Shown here: positions 9,162-16,445 of the stretch, piece after piece
How the letters are laid out: every line of letters starts with the position of its first letter
Position numbering within the stretch: the stretch's first letter is position 1
Program-made: the position numbers and the translations under genes
The notes under the pieces: generated by a model
What the model was told of the DNA's origin: nothing
The model's input: the letters and a program-made list of their open reading frames with translations, nothing else
The model's database searches: none
Source: an uncultured virus (IMG/VR IMGVR_UViG_3300032286_001748)
Lineage: Duplodnaviria > Heunggongvirae > Uroviricota > Caudoviricetes
Length of the DNA stretch: 20,000 nt
Reading direction: 5' to 3' (one strand)
IMG/VR virus record: IMGVR_UViG_3300032286_001748

Positions 9162-9857
9162 CTACCGGTTGACGAACGAACCGCCCTGGCGAACGAGGGC
9201 GCCCGCGCGCGCGTAGGCACCGGGGATGTGGGCCCCGTAGTTGTCGTCCACCAGGATCTCGCAGACCAGACTGGCGGAGAAGTTGATGCGGGACACGGTG
9301 ACGCCCACCGGGCCCACGACCTGGGCGTTGAGCTGCGCGACGTTCGGGCTCTTGAGGATGGGATAGTCGCGGAGGCCCGCGAAGCTGTCCTGACCCGAGA
9401 GGTAGATGTCGGCCGGAGCGAAGTCTTCGTGGACGAAGAGGTTCGCGCCGCCGCCGATCTGGAGCTGCGAGAAGCAGAGCTGCGCGACCGGGCCGTTCGG
9501 GAGAACGGGGTAGCGCACGGCGGCCTCGAAGCCCACGATGCGGAGGGTGGCCCAGGAGATCTGGGGGGTCTGGAGCTGGACGGTGCCGGTCACCGCGGTG
9601 GCGGAGCCCGCCTCGTTGGGCGACTCGGCGCAGATGGCCGGGACGGTGGTCGAGGTGCCAAAGCCGCCCGCGGCAACCGGGGTCGTGCTCAGGGGCTTGA
9701 AGCCCGCGACCGACGTGGTGACGTAGAACGGGATGCGGATGAGGCGGCCGATGCCCGGGGGCGCCTGCGCGGTGAACTGGAGACCGCCCACACCGTCAAC
9801 CATGGCGCGGTTGATGCGGTTGTTGGCGTCGAGGAGGGGGTTTGCAGAGCGAGCCAT
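9162..9857 (-). CDS. Capsid-like protein paralog 2 (about 231 aa)
   Basis: Likely start ATG 9857 (GGAG 6 nt upstream; in-frame alternative at 9896). Beta-rich, and nearly identical to paralog 1 in the C-terminal half. Confidence 0.7.
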   Translation of the reverse strand: MARSANPLLDANNRINRAMVDGVGGLQFTAQAPPGIGRLIRIPFYVTTSVAGFKPLSTTPVAAGGFGTSTTVPAICAESPNEAGSATAVTGTVQLQTPQISWATLRIVGFEAAVRYPVLPNGPVAQLCFSQLQIGGGANLFVHEDFAPADIYLSGQDSFAGLRDYPILKSPNVAQLNAQVVGPVGVTVSRINFSASLVCEILVDDNYGAHIPGAYARAGALVRQGGSFVNR

Positions 9858-9935
9858 GGAGAACTCCGTAGAGAGGAAGGGAGAAGGGGAGGACATCGCG
9901 CCGCGCGGGATGAGCCGCGCGGCGCGACAGCGGGA

Positions 9936-10808
9936 CTACCGGTTGACGAACGAGCCGCCCTGGCGGACGAGGCTGCCGCCGCGCGCGTAGGGGCCGGGGA
10001 TGTGCGCGCCGTAGTTGTCGTCCACGAGCACCTCGCAGAGCAGCGAGCAGCTCACGGTCATCGACTCGCCCACCACGTCATCGAGCATCTGGACGGTCAC
10101 GACCGCCGTGTTCGGGGACTTGAGGATGGGGTAGTCGCGAAGACCGCAGAACTCGGGCTGATCCGCGCTGTAGATGTCGGCGTCCGCGAAGTCTTCGTGG
10201 GTGAAGAGGTTCGCGCCGCCGCCGATCTTCAGATCCTGCACGAGCAGGATGGGACCGGGGTTCTGGATCGCGCAGTTGAGCTTCTGCGCCACCTCGAAGC
10301 CGACGATCCGCAGGGTAGCCCAGGAGATCTGGGGGGTCTGCAGGATGTGGGCCGCGTTGCCCGAGGTGCCCACGCCGGGGATCTCGATGAACACCGGGTT
10401 GACGGTGCTGGCCGTGTTGCCCGTCGCCGCGGTCGACGTGGAGGTGACCACGTTGAGGGTCGCGTTGACCGGGTAGAACGGGAGACGAACGAGGCGACCG
10501 ATGCCCGGGGGCGACATGGCCTGGAAGGACAGACCACCGACGCCCTCGATGCCGGAGGCAGCGAGCGCGGTCGCCGCAGCCTGCTTCTGCGCGGTGTAGC
10601 CGCTCTTGGCGAGGATGCGGTCGATCTGCATGAGCTTCTGCTTGATCGCCTTCTGGCGGGCCGGGCCGACCAGCGGGAGCTGGGCAACCAGCTTGCTGCG
10701 GAGGCGGAGGAGGCGGGCGAGCTTGCGCTCGCTCATCGCGCCCAGCTCATCCGTGCCGTCGTCGTCAGCGCCAAAGTCATCATCGAGGCCGAAATCGTCG
10801 TAAGCCAT
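9936..10808 (-). CDS. Capsid-like protein paralog 1 (about 290 aa) with acidic N-terminal extension
   Basis: GGAG upstream of ATG 10808. Begins MAYDDFGLDDDFGADDDGTDELGA, followed by a basic helical segment and then the shared beta-rich core. Confidence 0.7.
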   Translation of the reverse strand: MAYDDFGLDDDFGADDDGTDELGAMSERKLARLLRLRSKLVAQLPLVGPARQKAIKQKLMQIDRILAKSGYTAQKQAAATALAASGIEGVGGLSFQAMSPPGIGRLVRLPFYPVNATLNVVTSTSTAATGNTASTVNPVFIEIPGVGTSGNAAHILQTPQISWATLRIVGFEVAQKLNCAIQNPGPILLVQDLKIGGGANLFTHEDFADADIYSADQPEFCGLRDYPILKSPNTAVVTVQMLDDVVGESMTVSCSLLCEVLVDDNYGAHIPGPYARGGSLVRQGGSFVNR

Positions 10809-10859
10809 TGGAAACTCCAAGGAAGGGGAGAGAGGGAGAGGAGGAACGGGAAGGAGGGA

Positions 10860-11309
10860 CTACCAGCCGTAGGAGCTGTTCATCGAGCCGCGGGCGTAGT
10901 TCTGGGCGCCGCCCTTGGCCTTGGCGCCACCGCGAGGCGCGCTGGCAGGAGCGGACTCGGTGAGCTGGGGAGCCTCGGCGCTGGAGGAAGCCGCCGCCGC
11001 CTTCTTGGACTCAGCCGCCTTGCGGCAGGTCTCGGTGGCGACGAAGGAGCCGAGGAGGCCGGTCGCCACGTCGTGACCGACGCGACGGGCCATCGGGGGG
11101 CCGAACTGGCCGACGAGGGCGGCGGTGAGACCACCGAGGAAGCGGGCGTCCGTGAGCGCCATCACTTCCTTCACGCCACTATTCTTGTTGAGGACCTTGA
11201 AGCCGGTGCGAAGCGTGCCGTCCCGGCAAGCGAAGTGGGTGGCCGCGGCGTTGAGGCCGAGCGAGCCGAGCAGATCGAGCGGAGTGAAGTCAGAAGCGTC
11301 ACCGAGCAT
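10860..11309 (-). CDS. First gene of the structural operon, small possibly membrane-associated protein (149 aa)
   Basis: GGAG upstream of the ATG. Gly-rich hydrophobic helices FLGGLTAALVGQFG and VATGLLGSFVA, then a low-complexity tail. Confidence 0.7.
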   Translation of the reverse strand: MLGDASDFTPLDLLGSLGLNAAATHFACRDGTLRTGFKVLNKNSGVKEVMALTDARFLGGLTAALVGQFGPPMARRVGHDVATGLLGSFVATETCRKAAESKKAAAASSSAEAPQLTESAPASAPRGGAKAKGGAQNYARGSMNSSYGW

Positions 11310-11372
11310 GGGGGGACTCCAAAGGGTGGAAGGATTCGCAGGGTCGTTCCCCGCCGTCCTCTTCTACCGGGC

Positions 11373-11401
11373 TTGCAACGACGACGGAAGACCGTTACGG
11401 T
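11373..11401 (+). promoter_or_regulatory. Candidate sigma70-type promoter for the rightward block
   Basis: TTGCAA (11373-11378), 17-nt spacer, TACGGT (11396-11401), located in the only divergent intergenic region. Confidence 0.45.
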
Positions 11402-11411
11402 GGTCGCGAAA

Positions 11412-11437
11412 GTTCATATTCACGTTCACGCGTGAAC
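11412..11437. promoter_or_regulatory. Operator-like repeat and palindrome
   Basis: Three tandem RTTCAY hexamers (GTTCAT ATTCAC GTTCAC). The last forms the perfect 14-bp palindrome GTTCACGCGTGAAC (11424-11437). Confidence 0.5.
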
Positions 11438-12592
11438 ATGGCGTTGAAGCGGCAAGACCAAAAGAACAGGCAGTGCATGAACAGACCCCCTCCTCGCACC
11501 CGCTCCCAGGCCCCGATCACGGGCGGGTCGCCAGATCGCGGAGAGGAGGAACCCGAGGAGGGGACGGCGACCCCGCGCGCGAACCCGCGGCTGACCGGAG
11601 ACGCGCGCTACTACTGCTACGCCTGCGGGAGCCCCTGGCCGAAGGAGGCCGTGGTGTGCCCGGCCTGCAAAGGCAGCGACCGCGCCCGCGGCGCCGCACG
11701 ACCGATCCGGCCCGCGCAGAACGACACCGCCCTCTTCGACGGCCCGTGGAAGCTGCTCCCGTGGCCGAAGCAGGGGACGGTCGCCATGTACGGGGGGCCG
11801 GGAGCCGGGAAATCGAGTCTCGCGGGCCTCCTGCGCCCCACCCGCTGGCTGACGCGCGAGCAGGAGCCGAAACCGGTGGGCGACATGTTCCGGCGCATCC
11901 TCCCCGACTTCATGCCGAGCGTCGAGACCGTCGAGACACCTGAAGACGTAAAGCGCGTGCTGTCCGAGACGCAGCGCGGACCCGTCGTCATGGACTCGCT
12001 GACCGCGTTCGGCCTCCGTGAAGCGCTGGTCGTCGCCCACATGCTCGTCCACTGGGCCCAGCGCAACAACGACCGGGCGCTGGCGATCATCCAGCTCAAC
12101 AAGGACGGCCAAGCGGCCGGCTACATGGAGATCCCCCACCTCTTCGACGCCATCGCGAACGTGAGCCCCGACCCGTGGGGGGTGCGCGCCTTCCGCATCA
12201 CGAAGTCCCGGTGGTCGGCGCTGGAGTCGATCTACTGGACCTTCGACAAGGAAGGGAAGCTCACGATCCCTGAGTTCCCCGCCGCCTACAGCGTCGAGGG
12301 CGGGCCCGGAGAGTACTGGCTCCACCCCTACCCGCTCAAGGGGGCGAAATGGACGGGCGTGCTCGGCGCGCTCCACGCCGCAGAGCTGCTGCGCCCCGGA
12401 TGCGCCAGCTCCGCCATCGTCGCCGGGTACATGCCGACCGGGTTCCTCGAGCCGATGGACATTGAGGAGCGCCGCCGTTTCGCGGAGCGAAACGGGCTGT
12501 CGTGGGTGAGCGCGGACGACGCCGCCGATCAACTGAAAGACACCGCCCCGAACGCCGATACGAACAACCCTTTCCCTGACGACGAGGAATAG
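11432..12592 (+). CDS. RadA/Sms-like RecA-fold ATPase with C4 zinc finger and no recognisable Lon-like C-terminal domain
   Basis: YYCYACG..VCPACKG zinc finger; Walker A GGPGAGKSS; Walker B VVMDSLT. QLNKDGQAAGYMEIPHLFDA resembles RadA HVTK.G.IAGP..LEH.VD, and ITKSRW lies at the KNRFG position. The start codon is uncertain. Confidence 0.75.
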   Translation: MNMALKRQDQKNRQCMNRPPPRTRSQAPITGGSPDRGEEEPEEGTATPRANPRLTGDARYYCYACGSPWPKEAVVCPACKGSDRARGAARPIRPAQNDTALFDGPWKLLPWPKQGTVAMYGGPGAGKSSLAGLLRPTRWLTREQEPKPVGDMFRRILPDFMPSVETVETPEDVKRVLSETQRGPVVMDSLTAFGLREALVVAHMLVHWAQRNNDRALAIIQLNKDGQAAGYMEIPHLFDAIANVSPDPWGVRAFRITKSRWSALESIYWTFDKEGKLTIPEFPAAYSVEGGPGEYWLHPYPLKGAKWTGVLGALHAAELLRPGCASSAIVAGYMPTGFLEPMDIEERRRFAERNGLSWVSADDAADQLKDTAPNADTNNPFPDDEE

Positions 12593-12594
12593 AC

Positions 12595-13782
12595 ATGTAC
12601 TCTGAGAACTTTGAGAACCTCATCTACGGGGACGACGGGCAGAGCCCGATCCGCCCCCTCTTGATCCGGACGCTGGAGACCGCCAAGAAGGAGAACGTCC
12701 GCCTCCGAATCGACGTGCGGAGCATCGCCCTCGGGACGTCGAACAGCCGGAACGAGCACACGCTCTTCATGGACCCGAACGAGAACGACGCGGACGGCCT
12801 CATGCGCCTGTTGACCGACCGCCTCAACGACAGCCCGGGAGAGGGCTTCCTCGGCCAGATCCGGATGAACTTCGCGCCCGCCGGCAGCTCGGGCGAACGG
12901 TACGCAAGCTGGACCCGGACCATCAAGGCCCCGACGACCAGCAGCGGCCGCGCCGCGAGCGCCTCGGACGAAGACGAGGAGAACGAGGACGACGACAACA
13001 ACGTCGAGAGCTTCAGCCGCGGATCGCGCAGCGTCGGAGGAGGCTTCTCCGCGCCCGCTGGGGGCGGCGTGATGCTCTCCGACGATCAGGTTCGGCTCTG
13101 GATGGAGACGATGATGGGCTACGTCTTCCGCAGCCAGGCCCAGCAGTTCGCCATGTTCGAGCGCGCCACCCGCATGATGGAGTCCTACACGCTGCGCTTC
13201 GGTTTCCCGACCCATGAGGCCGGCATCATCGAGGCCCGCGGAGGGGAGATCCCCAGCAGCGCCGCGCCCGGGAGCGCCGGGCCGGGCGGGTTCGGGATCC
13301 TGCCCATGCTCCTGCAGGCCGCGACGAAGCTCGCCGCCGGGAACGATGCGCCGGCCCCGGCGCCGGCCGCCCCCGAAGGCTCGACCCAGCTCGTCCCGAG
13401 CGCGCGGGCGAACGGCCGCGCGATGGCGATCTCCGGCGCGGGCCGCATGGTGCGCGCGCTGCGGAACCAGCCGCCCATCCCGAAGCGCCCCGCGGAAGGG
13501 TTCGAGCGCGAGCCCGAGGTGGAGGAGGAGGACGGAGAAGAAGAGTCCCGCGCTACGACCGCCCGCTGGCGTGAGGAGCCCCAGGAGGACGCGTCCGACG
13601 AGGGGGAAGACGCGTACGAAGAGGAGGGCGAGGTCCGTTCGGGAGGGAGCGAGATGCCCGACTTGAACGGGATGTCCCCCGAAGAGATGAAGAGCACCGT
13701 CATCGCCTGGATCCGCGCCGACCCCAGCCGCAAGGCCGACGTGATGAACATGCTGCCCGACCTGTCCCGTGAGATCACTTGA
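12595..13782 (+). CDS. Hypothetical protein (395 aa) with folded N-terminal domain, acidic linkers and short C-terminal helical domain
   Basis: Starts 2 nt after the ATPase stop, with coding-like composition. No family recognised. Confidence 0.75.
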   Translation: MYSENFENLIYGDDGQSPIRPLLIRTLETAKKENVRLRIDVRSIALGTSNSRNEHTLFMDPNENDADGLMRLLTDRLNDSPGEGFLGQIRMNFAPAGSSGERYASWTRTIKAPTTSSGRAASASDEDEENEDDDNNVESFSRGSRSVGGGFSAPAGGGVMLSDDQVRLWMETMMGYVFRSQAQQFAMFERATRMMESYTLRFGFPTHEAGIIEARGGEIPSSAAPGSAGPGGFGILPMLLQAATKLAAGNDAPAPAPAAPEGSTQLVPSARANGRAMAISGAGRMVRALRNQPPIPKRPAEGFEREPEVEEEDGEEESRATTARWREEPQEDASDEGEDAYEEEGEVRSGGSEMPDLNGMSPEEMKSTVIAWIRADPSRKADVMNMLPDLSREIT

Positions 13783-13796
13783 ACAAGGAGAACGAG

Positions 13797-14021
13797 ATGT
13801 ACCCCATCGACGAAGCAAAGATTGAAGCCTGGGTGTCCGACCCGGAGAACCGCGATCGGGCGCGCGCCTTCGGCGCTCGGCTCATCCAGAACCAGGACGC
13901 CGGCAAGCTGGCCGCGCTCCCGAGCCTGGGCGAGTTCGAGGATCTCGCCACCCTCTGGGCGGCCCGGAACCCGATGAAGGCGCGGCTGCTCGTGATGCGC
14001 CTCGCGTCGAAGTTGCTGTAG
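13797..14021 (+). CDS. Small hypothetical helical protein (about 74 aa)
   Basis: AAGGAG at 13785-13790 and ATG at 13797. Confidence 0.7.
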   Translation: MYPIDEAKIEAWVSDPENRDRARAFGARLIQNQDAGKLAALPSLGEFEDLATLWAARNPMKARLLVMRLASKLL

Positions 14022-14026
14022 TGCGC

Positions 14027-14061
14027 GGGGCATGGACGAGATACCCTCTCGTCCATGCCCC
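14027..14061 (+). promoter_or_regulatory. Perfect 15-bp hairpin covering the start codon of the fibre-like gene
   Basis: GGGGCATGGACGAGA-TACCC-TCTCGTCCATGCCCC. ATG 14055 lies in the 3' arm. Confidence 0.6.
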
Positions 14062-15008
14062 ATCCCACACAGCCCTCCGGAGGCGGAGGTGGATCTCCAA
14101 CCCTCTTGACGGGCTGGACCTACGACGCCGGGCCTCCGGCCACCGTGCGCCTCACCACCTTGACGAACATCGTCAGCGTGGGGAACAACGCCGGGGTCGC
14201 GAACCGCAAGTTCTCTGTATACAACACGGGAACCGATCTGGGCGTGAGCGTCGTTACGCTCGTAAGCACGGACAACGTGCTGGAGACCTTCGTATCCGGA
14301 GAGGCGAACCTCCGCTGGAGCGTGAACGGGAGCGGGGCCACGCGCTGGGGCGCGGGCGGTGCGTCGGCGCTCGACACCCGACTCTACCGCTCGAGCGCGA
14401 ACACGTTGACCCTCGACAACGGGGCCGGCGGTTCTGCCACCCTCGTGCCGGGCGCGGACAGCGTCGGGAGCATCGGGACCAAGAGCCTGCGCTGGACGAC
14501 GATGGTCGCCAACACGCACGACGTCTACGCAGGCCTCGGAGATCTGAACGCGAGCACGACGCTCGCGAGCGGCTCCCTCTCCATGGGCGCAGGTGGAGCG
14601 GCGCCGATCGACACGCGGCTGTCGCGAACGGGGCCCAAGACCCTCACGGTCGATGACTCCGTTGGGGGATCGGCCCTCTTCCGCGTCCTCGGCCAGACCA
14701 GCACCCAGCAACGCGTTCACGCGTTCGTCGGGAAGACCTTCGCAGACAGCGGCTATGTCGTCACGGCGACCGACGATACCGCGTTCTGGAACTGCGGAGG
14801 CGGGAACTGCACGACGACGCTTCCGACTCCTGTTGGGGCCGGAGGCCGCGAGCTGGTGTTCAAGCGCACCGACACGTCTGCGAACACGCTCACCCTCACG
14901 CCCGCCGCGGGGCAGATCGAGGGGGCCGCGTCATACATCGTTGTGGGCGGACCCGGGCGCGCCTCCGTTACCGTGCGCTCCGACAACTCCAACTGGTGGA
15001 TCATCTGA
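14055..15008 (+). CDS. Fibre/spike-like structural protein (317 aa)
   Basis: G/S/T-rich. Internal repeat GAGGASALDTRLYRSSANTLTLD / GAGGAAPIDTRLSRTGPKTLTVD. The C-terminal TLP..GRELVFKRTD.SANTLT..IEGA..VRSDNSNWWII module resembles ends common in phage fibre proteins. Confidence 0.7.
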   Translation: MPHPTQPSGGGGGSPTLLTGWTYDAGPPATVRLTTLTNIVSVGNNAGVANRKFSVYNTGTDLGVSVVTLVSTDNVLETFVSGEANLRWSVNGSGATRWGAGGASALDTRLYRSSANTLTLDNGAGGSATLVPGADSVGSIGTKSLRWTTMVANTHDVYAGLGDLNASTTLASGSLSMGAGGAAPIDTRLSRTGPKTLTVDDSVGGSALFRVLGQTSTQQRVHAFVGKTFADSGYVVTATDDTAFWNCGGGNCTTTLPTPVGAGGRELVFKRTDTSANTLTLTPAAGQIEGAASYIVVGGPGRASVTVRSDNSNWWII

Positions 15009-15463
15009 TGGCGTTTACCACCTTCCCCTCTGCTGCCTTCGCTGCTGCGCCTGGCGTGAACGACGACAGCACCAAGGGCTACGTCGTCGGTTCCCAGTGG
15101 ACGGACACCTCGGCGTCTCCGCGACGGATCTACCTCTGTACCGACGCAAGCGTCGGAGCGGCCGTCTGGGTCAACGCGGGGGGCGTCACCGCGCACACGG
15201 CGCTCACGGCCCTGGGCTGGTCGGCCTCAGGCCACACCGGGACCGTCACGTCCGTCGCCACTTTTGACGGGACCGGCGCCGCGCAGTCGGTGGCGGCCAC
15301 GCAGGACGGCACGGTTCTCTCGCGCGTGGGCGGCGTGATCGCGTGGGTGGCGCTGGCGGCGACGGTGAGCTTCGTCACCGCCGACATGACAGAGTATCTG
15401 CTCAGCGGGGCCGTTGTCATGCCCGAAGCCACGGCCGTCGTGCAGACCGGAGTGATCGCCTAA
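15008..15463 (+). CDS. Small fibre-associated structural protein (about 151 aa)
   Basis: TGATG coupling at 15006-15010. APGVNDDSTKGYVVGSQWTDT..IYLCTDASVGAAVW is a motif type seen in phage fibre modules. Confidence 0.65.
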   Translation: MAFTTFPSAAFAAAPGVNDDSTKGYVVGSQWTDTSASPRRIYLCTDASVGAAVWVNAGGVTAHTALTALGWSASGHTGTVTSVATFDGTGAAQSVAATQDGTVLSRVGGVIAWVALAATVSFVTADMTEYLLSGAVVMPEATAVVQTGVIA

Positions 15464-15464
15464 A

Positions 15465-16442
15465 ATGCCTCTCCCTACGCTCAACTGGAAGTACGTCGGC
15501 GCGTTGAACCACACGGTATCCTCGATCAACTCGGCGTTGGACGCCGTTTACACGCTCGGGACCGCCGTCACCTACGCGGACGGCTCGGCGCGTGTCCCCG
15601 GCACGGGGTCGGCCTGGACGTGGCTTCGCGAGGTCAGCGGCGTGACCGTCGCAGCTTACGGCGCACCCCCGACGAACGCGCTCAACTTCCGCTACATCCT
15701 CGGGGGGACGGTCGGCGCGAGCGCATACACGTTCCTGACGCCCGACACGGGGACCCTTGCCAACGTGATCGTGTACGGGATGAACCGTAACAGCGGCGCT
15801 TACACATCCTGGGTCAACGCCCAGCCGTTCACGTCGGGGTTCAGCGGGTACTGGCGCGCAACGCAGAGCTACGTCAACGCCTACGACAGCGTGACGATGT
15901 GGGAAAGCCAAGAAGGCTGCGCGATCCAGTTCAACCGCACGGCGACGGGCGTTCTCTCAGCCGTCAACTTCGGCGCCCTGTTCGATCCGCTCACGGCGAG
16001 CACGCTCGTCGCGGAGTCGGACGGTCGCGTCTACTCGATGGCGGGGACGGGATCCAGCGCCACCGTGCCCGGGAACTGGCTGCTCACCTCCGGGGCATCG
16101 AGCGTCGGGCTCTTCGGGTCGGGCAGCTCAACGGCGAGCAACGGGCACGCGGGTACGCTGGCGCCGGGGAGCACCGTCATGGTCGGAGGAGCCGGCGCGC
16201 AGACCCAGCGTTTCGGAGACTTCACCGTCGCGACGACGTTCACGGCGCCCAACGGCGACATCGTGCGCGTGCCCTTCAGCCAGATCGCATCAACCGGGAA
16301 CTACCTCGGACAAAGCCGCAACTTCTTCATCATCAAAGATGCGATCTCGCGGCAAACGTACACGTCGGGCCCGAGCACGGTAGGGTACGTCTTCGGGTCG
16401 AGCACGACGGGGACCAGCGACTCCGTTCTCCTGGGAGCGTAG
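15465..16442 (+). CDS. Beta-rich putative spike/receptor-binding protein, paralog A (325 aa)
   Basis: S/T/G/aromatic-rich and collinear over its full length with the next gene. Confidence 0.65.
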   Translation: MPLPTLNWKYVGALNHTVSSINSALDAVYTLGTAVTYADGSARVPGTGSAWTWLREVSGVTVAAYGAPPTNALNFRYILGGTVGASAYTFLTPDTGTLANVIVYGMNRNSGAYTSWVNAQPFTSGFSGYWRATQSYVNAYDSVTMWESQEGCAIQFNRTATGVLSAVNFGALFDPLTASTLVAESDGRVYSMAGTGSSATVPGNWLLTSGASSVGLFGSGSSTASNGHAGTLAPGSTVMVGGAGAQTQRFGDFTVATTFTAPNGDIVRVPFSQIASTGNYLGQSRNFFIIKDAISRQTYTSGPSTVGYVFGSSTTGTSDSVLLGA

Positions 16443-16445
16443 CCG

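Noticed and set aside
5351..11435. Long plus-strand ORFs (561, 493 and 801 aa) and similar antisense ORFs elsewhere
   Set aside because: They are Arg/Gly/His-rich shadow frames opposite coherent, coupled genes, as expected in high-GC DNA.
11432..12592. ATPase as the viral packaging ATPase or terminase
   Set aside because: The zinc finger and downstream motifs fit RadA/Sms (RecA fold), not FtsK/HerA A32-like or terminase ATPases.
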